DNA of 64,000 bases, from NCBI GenBank assembly GCA_013265495.1, contig MU057560.1:2418909-2482908 (forward strand). Reading direction: 5' to 3'. The notes under the pieces are model-generated. The model ran no database searches. It was not told where the DNA came from and saw nothing but the letters and a program-made list of their open reading frames with translations. Shown one piece after another: positions 33,246 through 44,780 of the stretch (positions are counted from its first letter, which is position 1; the number at the start of each line of letters is the position of its first letter). Source of the DNA: Vicugna vicugna. Lineage: Eukaryota. Position numbers and translations under genes: made by a program.

Positions 33246-36200
33246 CACACAGACTGTCTGCCCCAGAAGGTGCAGTTCTGGGGCTCACCCTGGGTCACCC
33301 AAACCTCACGTTGACGCTTTGAGTTGCATTAATATATTTTAAGACTTCCAGTTTCTCTTGAATTTTACACCTAAAAAATTATCTTTTAGTCTAAACGGTT
33401 CATCCTGGCTGGTCTGTTGCTTCCATTTACTGACGTTTATCCCACAGAACTTTTCATTCACTCAGTTAAGAAATTTCCCTTGAGATCCTCCCGTGGGCTC
33501 TGCCCTCTAAAAGCTCCTGACCAACCGGTCGTCTGTGCAGCGTGTGCTGGGCCTGGGGATCCGGGTCGTGTCTCAGAGGAGCCGGGACAGGAGGCTTCTC
33601 TGGCGTGTGTCCAGTGGGGGTCAAGCCGTGGGCTTCACAGTCAGGGGAGCGTGAGACGGTTGCATCTGCCTGTGGGTAGCTCAGAACCCAAACTAATGAC
33701 CCCAGCAGGAATGCAGGGGAGAATGCACGGGCAGAGCGGGTTTGGAGGAGCTCCCCTGCTCCATCCTGGTCCTGGTGGGACCCCTCCCTGAGACGGGTCT
33801 CTGCACCCCCTCCTGCCTGCTCTGAGGTTGGATGCGTCCCTGCGGGTCCCGCCTCGTTCCGCAGGGGCCGCCAGCACCCTGAGCACAGAGGTCTTCTCGG
33901 GCTCCCACGTCCCCTCCCCCTGCAGCCGCCTCTGCCCCCCGCAGCCCTGTTTCCTGCAGGGACCGGCCACTCGCTCTGCTGCTCCGCTCGCGTCCAGCCC
34001 CGGCCACGCCATGGCTTCGTCCTCTGGCCCCTCGCTCCGCTGTGCTGAGCCGCCGGTGCCCTTGATGGCGGTGGGACAGCAGGGGCGCCCAGCCTCGGTT
34101 CCCGGGCCCCGCAGTGCGTCTGACCGGCGACCCTGAGACGCCCCTTCTCCGGCCGCGGCTTTCCGGCTGGGTGGGCTGGTTTTCCCGGCCACTTTGCTGC
34201 CACCTAACTCTCTGTCTGGACCGTCCTCTGTGTGTAACTCGTCTCCTCTGAGCAGATGATTCAGCCGTCCGTGGTCTTTGCTAATGTGAACATCAGATGT
34301 GAACACGTCCTTGCCCTTCTGACTGTTCCGGCAGGAGGAACCGCAGGGCTGGCAGTCTCTGTTCTCCTGCACTCGTCGGTCTGTCTCAGTTCATCTGCCC
34401 TGTGCTCCCAGCCCTGCCCCCCCGGAAGACCCCCTGCATTTCCGTGACCCTTTGTCAGACTCCCCATGGAGGGCACCCCGACCCCGACCTTGGCTGCAGT
34501 GGCCTCCACCCTCGTGAGCTCCCCAGCAGCTGCCCCAGGCTGGGCCCATCAGCCGTGTTCCCAGGTGACCCCCCGGGGCTGACCCCGCATGCTGGCTGAC
34601 CAACGCTGGGCGGTCCAACCCTTGTTCTCCTCGTGTGGAAAATGGGAGCACGACACCCTTCTTCCGGACGCACGAGCAGGTCAGAGGTGACCCGCATACA
34701 ACTGTTGGCACAATGTCTGGTTACAAAAATTCAGTAAACGGGGCAATTGCTGTGGGCATCCTTACCGTGGGTGGAGAAATGTTTGCCAAGTGAGTAACAG
34801 GAAGGAGGAATGGACGGACAGGTGGATAAGTGCGTCTGAAGGGATTCCTTACGATGGGAAACAACAAAACAGAACAAGTAAAACCCGAAAGACAGCCAGC
34901 CAGTTCTTCATTAACTTCACTTCCTTTTGCTGTAGATTTAAGCCACAGGTCGGCAACGCTTAGAGATGTCCGGGTATTACTAAAAGTGCCCTGTATCAGC
35001 CCGTGAGGGAGCCCTTCCTGAGCCTTTCTGTCGACCCTGCATCGTTTTCGCTCCCCTGAAGAAGGAGGGCGTCCAGGCTTTGGGTGGTGATGTTGGAGAT
35101 TCTGGAGCATTTAGAAATGAGAATTAGAAATGACCCCAGTCTTTTAAGTGGAGAACCGTTTGCCCCTTTGGACTCAGGTTCAAGTCTGGACCTGCAGATC
35201 GGAGGGCCAGACTCACACCTGGCATCGTTTAGGACATTCACCTCCTGTGCGCTCGGTCACACGGCTGATTTGAAAGTGCTCCCACGCGGGTCCTCACAGC
35301 CGTGGGGACTGGTCAACGCGTCGCCAGCTGACCCTGCCCTTCGTAGTCCGTGCAGATCACGTCCACCTCTGCGCCGTCCACATGTGCACCGGGGGTTCTG
35401 AGCCTGTCCCCTCCCCACTGTCACGGCCGGGGTCTGGGGGAGAAGACCGCAGGAAGGAAGTTACCCCCAGAGCAAGCCGCCGCGGTGGATGGCAGGGGAG
35501 GATGCTCCTCTCGGACTCTCCAGGTCACTGACGAGGATGTGCGAACCTCCAAGGCACGGCCTGCGCTTTACGTCCCCGGGTTTACCGCAGAGGCAGCAGC
35601 ATGCCGATGGCACGTCTCCTCGAGACCCCCAGAAATGAATTTCCTGACATTTCACTCTTAAACAAAATGTATCTGTGTTGCCTGTCAAAGGCAGGGTTAT
35701 TTATATGTCCTGAGATTCTCGGGTTCCAGCAGCTAATCTTCACGAATGTTACTTGATGGGCCATTATGGGCAAGATTTACTTGATATTTGTCCTTTTCCC
35801 AAATCTGCACATTTATGTGAAATCGTGTCCTGGGCACGCTGTTGAGGCCTGGTCTCCAGACCTCGCTGGCGTGCCAGACACAGTTGTTCCAAAGATGCTC
35901 GTGAGTGTCCGCAGAAGCCGCTTGGGGTTGGGGCGGGGGAGAGGCGCTCTGTAAGTTAAAAGTGTAAGAAGGCTGCTGGCTTCCCGCCGAGGAGAACACG
36001 GAGTAAACACAGATAAAGCACATGGAGAGCAGAAGACAGCTCAAAGAACCTTTGCGTTTCACAACATGCAGAGAAATTCCACGCGTCCATCTCTGAAATC
36101 CCCGTCTCCGTCCATCCTCTCCCGCCACTGGGGAGCAGCTGGGGCGGGTGTCGCTGGTCCGAGTGGCGGGGCAGGAAAGGGACGAGGAGGGGCTGATTCG

Positions 36201-36679
36201 GATGGTCCCAAAGTCTTGGGCCAACAGGATGTCTGAGTCTGAAGTGGTCCCTGCCCCTCAGGGAACCAGTGGGGTGAGGCTTTCTCCTCCGAGCAGCCGG
36301 CACAGCAGGAAGTGGGAAGTGGGAGCTGAGTGCGGAGGGTCCGCACATTTGAACGGTCTGGCTGGGACGTTGGGGTCCAAGCGGTGACTCGGGCAGAGGG
36401 TGGGGTCTGAGCTCCGGCTCGGCTGTTGGCTCAGCCACGTCCTTTCCTCCCTGTGACTCCGTTCTGCTCGCCGTCGGGTGAAAGGGTGAGGCTGGCTGGT
36501 GGCTGAGGTCCCCCAGCAGCAGCCTTGTGAGACTTAGTCCTCCAGCCCGTTTCCGACCCCCTCCTGGGCACTGACCTGAGCTGGGTTCTGGGAATGACTC
36601 CAGCAGGGCGTCTGCCCCACCTGCCATGTGGCCGTGACTCAGTGCGGCCCCTCGTGGACGCCCATCCTCCTGGGCACAG

Positions 36680-37760
36680 GGACCCCCCGTCCCAGGACAC
36701 AGCCTTCCCAGTTTCCCTCCTCGCTGTGCTTCTTAGTCTCCTCACTGCTTCATCCTCACCTTTAGGACTTTTTGACCTTGGGCTGGCCCCGGCTTGATCT
36801 TTGCTCCTCTGCCCCTCCGCCCTGGTTTTAAATAATGACTCTGTGACAAGGACTCCTGAGCCCTTCCTCAGCTCAGCAATTCCAAGCATCTCTTATCCTC
36901 TCTGCTCGAATAGCCCCAGCTATTGCCGAGCCCCAGACAGAGTCTGCATCCACCCTCAATCAGGCACTCCCTCCCGCCTTCCCCACCCCGGCGGACGGCG
37001 GCTGCTTCCTGCCAGATGCTCGGGTCCAAGACGGGGAGCCACCGTGACCCTTGTCTGTGTCTCACCCTGAACCCCATACAAGAGGGGATTCTGTGAGTCT
37101 GTCTTCAGAACCTGACCCCTGCTCATCACCTGCCCTGGTCCCGCCTGGTCCCAGCCACCTCGGTCTCGGGTCTCGCGGCCTCCCCTCCACTGGCCGTCAT
37201 CGGCCTGTTCTCATCACGGCATCAGAGCGCTCTCATTAAAAGGCAAGTTAGACCGTTTACTCCTCCGCCCAAAATCCTCCAGTGGCCTTGATTTCATCTG
37301 AACGAGAGCCAAACCCTTGTCACCGCCTCACTGTCCCCAGTGTTCTGGCTCCGTGTCCTTCTGGACCTCACCTCCTGTGCCTCTCTGCTGTGGAGGGCAC
37401 GCGCCCACCTCCGGGCCTTCCTCCTGTCTGTCTGTCTGTCTGCCTGGGGTCCCTGCTCCGACAGCCCTGGCTCTCCCCTTTGCCTCTCTCTGGCCTCGGG
37501 GCCAGGCTCAGCTTCTCGACAGGAATGCTCTGAAGACCCTGGCTGATGTCTCACGTCACCTCCTCGCCGCGTCCCCAGCCCTCACCGCCTTTGGCCTCCT
37601 TCGTTTTCCTGCACATGTCGCCTGTAAACATACACTGTGACGCTCGTGCCCACTCGGCTTATTGTTCACTGTCTGCACCCCCCAAGCTTTATAAACTCCA
37701 CAGGGAGGGGTTCCTGCTCTGTTCACAATGGGGCGTAAGCAGTGCCGGTGTGCTGGGCTC
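36680..37760 (+). mobile_element. L2 LINE 3' region (degenerate)
   Basis: Pyrimidine-rich, with L2 landmarks CAGAGCGCTCTCATTAAAAGGCAAGTTAGACCGTTTACTCCTCCGCCCAAAATCCTCCAGTGGC and TATAAACTCCACAGGGAGGGG..CTGTTCAC. Confidence 0.65.
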
Positions 37761-37944
37761 TAGTGCTGGAGGGACTTAGATCTGGGGGGATGGGTGAAGG
37801 CGGGGACACAGGGAGGGGACGGATCACTGACGCCTCGAGGGCACAGAGGTCGACTTGAGGCTGGTTCTGAACATCCGGGAACCTGTAAGATGGCGAGGTG
37901 GGGGGTGTGCTCAGTGCGGCGGGACGGCTGAGATGGGGGGATGG

Positions 37945-38008
37945 NNNNNNNNNNNNNNNNNNNNNNNNNNNNNNNNNNNNNNNNNNNNNNNNNNNNNNNN
38001 NNNNNNNN
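37945..38008. other. Assembly gap (64 N)
   Basis: Run of N flanked by GATGGGG-type G-runs. Confidence 1.
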
Positions 38009-41000
38009 GGGGCGGCCGTGATGGGGCGATGGAGACGCAGCCAGGCTCTCCCCATAAGGTAGCCTTCGGCGGGCTTTTGTCTTGGCAGCTGGTCGCGTGG
38101 TGTGGCTGTCACAGGAGTGAGGGGTGCAGGAGACGGGTTCAGGGCCCCGATGCCCGTTTCTGCCTGGAAGCCACTCCCTGAGGGTCTGTCCAGCGGCCCT
38201 GGGCTTCTCCACTGTGTCCACTGGCAGTCGCTCTGCACCAGCTCATACAGACTGCCTGTTGGCTGTCTCGGATTTTGTTCTGTGGGTTGGCTTGGAGCCA
38301 CAGCAGACTGCAGGTGGCAGATGGCGAGGGGAGTCCAAGGTGGGGACTGCGGCCCACACTCTCAGGGCTGGGAGTCAGGGGGACTGGAGAGCTGGAGGCC
38401 CAGCTCCTGTAAAAGCAGGTGCAGAGCCCAAGGGCAGGCGAGGTGGGCGTGTGCAGGGGTGTGTGTGGGGGGGGGCAGGGGACACCCTGATGTGTGCAGG
38501 GTCGGCGTGTGGGGACACACTGACCAGGCAGAGCAAACCCTAATCCTGGGCATATTTGTGACCTCAGGTCCTGGGCGTGGCAGCTCCTGGAGACTGAGTT
38601 GCTGAACAATTTCCTTCTAGGCTCTTTGGGGTCCTTGGGCCATTGTTTTAAGAGAAGTTTTCTATTGTCCCATTGGCCAGAGGGAGGCTCTTTGGAACAA
38701 AGGGAGATTCCTCTAAGCAAATTCCACGGTGGGCTGTGCGGTGGACGTGAGCTGGAGGCTGGTCATTGTCACTGAAGGCTGGTGGATGGCACGGTTCGTG
38801 GCAAAACCTCGGTGTGGACAGTGGTCCAGGCAGCCCCTCGGCTGCTTCTCCAGCCTCCTCACTCATGTGGCCTCTCTCCAGATGCAGTTTTAAACAGGAA
38901 CAGACATCACTCAGAGGGGGCTCAGGTTACATCTTGCAGGTGGCCTAGAATTTGGGCACTTGTCCACATATTCTGATGCATCGAGGTAGAGGCGTTAATC
39001 AAAACTTCAGTCTTCACGTCTGAGACGGTGAGCAGCCCTCGGAGCCTGAACGAGGGTGCGCACCCACTGCAGCCGCAGGGACCTGTAGAGCAACTCAGAG
39101 TGTCCCGAGTCTTGCTCCTTTAAAGTTTCTGAGCTTCCGTGAGGCTCTGGGCTGTGCCTGCGGTGGGCTGGCTCGGGAGGAGGGTGGAGCCCACACACTC
39201 ACTCGGTCACTGCACATCCAGCTTCCTGGGCTTCTGGGAGCGACGCGCCACGCGGTACCCGGACGACAGCCAGGGCCCAGGGGACGGCTGGGCCAGCTGG
39301 GCCGGCAGGGCTCCGAGCCCGCGGCATCACAGACCCACCCTGGTGCGCAGTCGGGGACGGGAGCTCTGCCGGTGGGATCCCGCCGGGCGGCCGGGTGGGT
39401 GTGCACCTGGGGGCGCTGCGAGGAGAGGGAGGCGCTGTCCCTGGGGCTCGTGCGCAGCAGCCACTCGGCCTCCCTGCAGTTCCCTCGAGGGATGGACACG
39501 AGGATGAACAAGGATGGAGCGGGAGCTTTCCTCATCGCCCACACGGAGGACGGCGGAGGCCTGGCAGGATGGAGGTCTGCAGGGAGGAGACCAAATGTGT
39601 CTCCTTTTGACCCCAAAGCTGACGTTTCTCACTGCAGTGCCGTCTTCCCACACACGGGCCACAGCGTTACAGACGAAGGGGCTAATGCGGACTGTGTAAC
39701 TGCTGCGCCAGACGGTGCTGGACGTCTGTGTCCAGGGAGGACCTGAGACCCGGGCCAACTGAGGACGTGGTGTCAGACGCCCCGGTGGTTCCGAGAGCGT
39801 GCCCTGGCCGACAGGTGCGAGGATTCGCTGGTGAAGACTGGTTTCCATGCCGTCTTCAGATACCATTTTCACATCCGCTTTCCTCAGCTTCAGTTAATTA
39901 TCCACACTTTCCTGAAGCCGGCCAGTATCAGCAAGACGCTTACCGGTTATTCCAAAGGGCAGCCGAGGTGGAAGCCGCTCAGGTCGGGGTTGGGGGGCAG
40001 CCGTGCCCCTGAGGTCAGGCCCCGGCCGGCGGGGAGCAGGCTTCCCCCTCCCGGGGTAGGGGCTGTCACAGGTCTGCGCGCTGCGTGTGGCCCGCTCCTG
40101 ACTCAGACAGCTCAGTGTGTGCTGTGAATAACCCTGCATCTGGCCTGGGGGAGAATCTGGAGCTTACGTCTTGGAAGATAAGCAGCAGGGATCTTCTTGG
40201 CTTTGCTGTGTCTGAAACACGCCCTGATCTTTTTGCCACTTGAAGATAAATTAACGGAGAAAAGGAGGGAATAAGGGAAAGGCGGCAGATGCAACTTGGG
40301 CGCGAGTGGCGCCGGGTGCGCGGCTGCCAGCACCGCCCTGTGCGGGGTCTGCGTCTGCACACGAGTCGGGGGCGGCAGCCCCCGCAGGTCCCGCCGAGGC
40401 GTTTGGGCTCAGCGCCGTCCCAGGAGTGCTGAGGGGAACCTGCCCAGGAGCTGCTTGTGGGGTCCGGCGGGATCGGGAGGGGGTCGGGGCTGCCCGGTGT
40501 GGGGGCGGCAGAGAGGGTGACCTTCGGAGTCCAAGACCCGGGAGAGAAGGGGAGACGGCCTGGTCTGCCGGGGGACCGCAGGTCGCCCGCCATCCCAGCT
40601 CGCAGGGTCGTGGGCTTAAGCTGAAGCACCGGGTGGGAGAGCAGACCGCTCCAGAGCCGTCTCGTCACACGCGGGGCCTGTCCCCAGGGAAGGCACAGCC
40701 TCTGACAGAGCTGCCCTGCCCTGTAACTGCATGACGCCAAGGACTGGAGGGAGGGCTGCGGCCGCCTTCCCTCCTCCGGGGCCGGCACTGGATCCCAAGT
40801 TGCCCGGGCCCGCACGGTCAGATGAGCTGGGTTGTGGTGGGTGGCGGGGGAAGACAGTCTGGATGCAGGTACACGAGAGCCTTCATCCCTCGCCAGGGTC
40901 CGAGGCAGGTGGTGTCTGGAGTGACCCCCTCACGCTGGTGGAGTTCGGCAGAGGCTGCAGACGGCTCACTGCGGGGCTGGAGAAACCGTTCCCCGCTTCT

Positions 41001-43789
41001 CGCGGGGCGGCCAGGGCAGCACCTAGGCCAGGCCCTGCGGTGGGTTTTCTGGGCAGTGGCGGTCAACCCTGGTGTTGCTCTAAGTCCTGGGTCAGAGAGA
41101 TTTATATGTGGGGATCTCGGGCCTCAGTGAAGGGGCAGCAAACCCGAGCTGGACCGACAGGAGGCCTGGGGGACGGGCTGCCCAGTCTGCTGGAACAAAG
41201 CAGCGTGAAGCCAGTGGCTTACAACACACGTGTTTGCTCCGCACGGTCTAGAAGACAGGAGTCCCTCGTCCAGGCGTCACTGCGCCACGGGCGGACCCCT
41301 CCTGCCTCCTCCAGCCCCAGGCCCTGCTGCTTCTCCCGCAGCTGTGCTCACAGCCCCGGGGCGAGGGCACCGGGCTTGGGCTGCGCCGTCGTGTGGCCCC
41401 TACACGCCCAGGTGGCACTTGCTGGTCGCCGTCTTCTGTCACTGACTGCCACAGCCTGGGTACTTCCTTCCAGAGTGGGGTGTGGTGGTGACCCCGGTGT
41501 AGCTGATTTTGTGTCCAGCACAAACTCTAGTCCGTTTCTGTGCTTCTACGGGCAGGACCAACGATTTTCTTTGCACAGTAGTTTATAGAATCAGTTCCTG
41601 TTCGCCTGACCTACTTTTTTACTCACCATCTTGTACTTGTGGTTCTGCTGGGGTTTGACGCAAGCCCATCTTCTCTGAGGTTGTGAAGTCTGTCTATTTT
41701 GAAATGACTCCCTGAACTTAAGCGCGTCCTAGAGGCAGTTGTCAGTCTTAACCCTCCTCCGTCTACTCCTCCCCCAGGATCCCCGACAAGCCCGCCGGGC
41801 AGTTGTCACTCTCCCCACTCCAGGGCTTTTACACCCCAGAAGCTCCAGTCTGCCCGTGCAGACAGCGCCATTGTCAGCAGCGCACAGTCGGGGAAACCGT
41901 GTCCGGAAGGAATCAGACGGCGCTCCGGCCTCTCTGGTCCAGAGCCTGGGCAGCTTTCTCCACGCTGCAGCCGCGGCATCCGGACGGAGGGCCTGGCACG
42001 GGCACAGCTGGGCGGGCCCGGGGAGTGTGCTCAGACGGGCGAGGGGAGGCCTGGAGGAGCCGGCAAGGGGCACAGACCGCCGGGCGCGGTGGTCACTCTG
42101 ACGACCACAGTGCCGGACTATTTAGGGAGGGAGGCGGCGTGGGAGGGAGGGTGCTGACCCCCGCTCCCGGGTCCTGAGTGCGAGCTGGTCCAGGCGGAGG
42201 TGATCCGGGACGCAGAGCCCGGGCTGTGGGGCGGTCCAGGCTGTGCTCAGAGCTGCGTGCCGTCCCCGGTGTGCCTCCGGGACTGGATGGGCTCCTCCAG
42301 GCATCGCAGGCAGAGAGGGAACATTTCAGAGCCAAGGGCGAGTCCTAGAAGGCACCGCAGGGGCAGCAGCGAGAGGAGCGGGGACTAAGGTGGGGAGGGA
42401 CCCGGGTGCAGCGGGGGAAGAGCTCCGCTCTATGCTGGCCCCTCTCCCCGCAAGCCTTCTGGAAGCTTCCTTGACTCTGCATTTACTTTCTCATCTCCAC
42501 AGAGGATCAGCACACTCACTTCCTTGCAGGCAGCTCCAAGTGCATTTTGCATTTCCCCTCTGGGCTCTGCAGACCAACGATCCTTTCTCCCCCGCCACCC
42601 CGAGTGTCTACAGCCAGTGTTAGGCGTCACCTCCAGCAAAGTGTTAATACCTTGCCGGGGCTGGCAGCCTTCCAGGGCACTGGGGCCAGCGTGCGGGCGG
42701 CCTCCCTGGAGAAGCTTCTGCGATCGTGGTCTGCAGATGCGCAGAATGAGAGAAGGGCCCTCTCTGGAGGCTTCCTCCCCAGCACGAGGCAGAACGCCAC
42801 CCACCTCCACGGTGTGACCTCACAGGAGCCCCGAGAGGCCTGGCCTGAAAGGTTAAAATGCCACATTCAGTCCCACAGGAAACAAGAGCACGAGGTGAAC
42901 AGCCTCCTCCGCCCGCTCTCCAGCACCAGCAGCCGGGTCCAGGGCTCCGGGATTTGTAGCCTTGCCCCGGCCATGGTGCAGGAAGTCGGGGCCCCTGGGG
43001 TAGCTGCCTCCTGCGGGACCCTTCCCTCTGTCCCTGCCCGTGGTGTCTGCAGAAGAACCCGCTGTGGCGTGCACAGGTGGGGCCAGTGGGAGCGATCGGC
43101 ACATGAAGGCGCCATCGACGCGGTGTATTCTCACGACAGGGCTGCCACCGCATGCTCGTGTTTCTTTAAAAGCTAAGCTTCTCTCATCAACACGGTTTTC
43201 ATGGTTTTGTTTCTCCACAGCCGGGGCAGGGGTGCAGAATGGCCTTTCTGGGGGAATCTTCTGATGAACCGTGGGTGAAAGCTCTTTGGCCGGGGCTGTT
43301 CTGAGCTGAGGTGGAGCCAGGTGGTCGGGGTGAAACCACAAGGACCCCCTTCCTGGACCCCCTTCCTGGACCCCGAGGTTGTGTGTGATCCCAACATCTC
43401 CTCCCACGGCTGCTGGTCCTACCAGACACCCCACATAGGTGCAGCCCGGCCCCCAATCTATGGCCACCCCAGGAGGGAGCTCCCACCCTCTGCTGGGCCT
43501 CCGAGGGGCCGCCTGCCACCCAGAGAGCTCTGTCCCGCCCGCTCCATAGAGCGGCCGAACCCCCGGCGGCGGGAGCAGGTGCACCGATGCTCCTCTCGAG
43601 AAGGCTCGTCCGCCCTGGCCTCAGCCGCGTCCCCCCGTGCTCCTCACGCACAGCACCGCGCGCATAACAAGCTCCTCGGTGGAGGCGTTGATCACAATTT
43701 GTGAAGAAACCCGAGGTCTGTTATGGGCTTACATTTCCCACTTCCTTACGAAACTTGAAACTTCCGTGTGAAATGTGAACGTATATTCT

Positions 43790-44780
43790 GAAAGAAGCAC
43801 GTGTCATTGGGAAAGCGCACAGTTGCAGAAACCTTGGGAAACACCAGAAGTCGCTTCTAGAAAGTCCCGTGTGACTCCGTCGCCCAGAGGTAACTAACCC
43901 TCTCTGGGAAGATGTCTCGCCTCCTGTCCGCAGACCTGGTTTCTGGGGTCTTTTTAGGCAATCGTAATCTTTTTTTTTTTTCTCTTTACAATATCCTTTT
44001 ATGGCTTAAACCATTGCGGGCTATTTTCTACGTCGCTATTAAACATTCTCTGTGGTGTTACTTCCGTGGCTCCCTAGTGTTTCTGCTAAAAGCCACGCTC
44101 TTCTCCCTCCACCCCTTTTCCTTTCTCCCTGTTTCTTCACCAAGTGAACCGCGAACTGTTATTTCATGGCGTATTTAGTTGTTTCTTGCCTGTGCACAGA
44201 CAACACGAGGCACGCAGTAGACGCTCAGCAATCACTTTGCTGGGCGAAGGCGTGGATTTGCTGCCGCTCCAAGTGCTCTGCGCTAAGCCTGCTTGTACAC
44301 ACATCTGTGTGTGTATTTTTGATGCTAACTTAGGGTACATTCGTCAAGGCACTGCTTCGAGGTAAAAGAGCAAGGGGATTTGTATGACTCTTGACAGCAG
44401 TTGCCAAATGGGTCGCTCAGAAATGCACCACTTTATGTTCTAACCACCACAAACCCGAGAGATTTGTGTTCACTGTTTCGCTTCTTCTGAAATACTCACT
44501 CGCGTTTATCTCCACCTCTGTCAGTCTGACGGATACAGCACACAACTTGTACCTTCGTTTGAACTGTACTTCCAATGAACCAGAATATGTTCCCATATTT
44601 ACTGACCATTTATGTTCTCAATTGCCTGTTTATTCTGTCAGCTATTTGTTATTTCTTTGTCAGATTTCTTTACATTTTAAGGATACTGGTCTGTTACCTG
44701 TAGCAGATACTGCTTCACTGGCCACTTGGCATTTAATTCCACGGTGTTTTTCGTGTCCAGTGTGGCTGCGTTCGTGCACA
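43790..44780 (-). mobile_element. Old L1 (L1ME-like) fragments, with a small L2 3' end near 44190-44250
   Basis: CCCAGAGGTAACTAACC, TTGACAGCAGTTGCCAAATGGGTCGCTCAGAAATG, ATATTTACTGACCATTTATG and TTCTTTACATTTTAAGGATACT resemble antisense L1ME. GGCACGCAGTAGACGCTCAGCAATCACTTTGCTG resembles the L2 end. Confidence 0.6.

Noticed and set aside
40066..43584. ORFs of 200-285 aa (40066-40815, 40731-41588, 42547-43176, 42853-43584)
   Set aside because: No recognisable protein family or exon structure. Same GC artefact.
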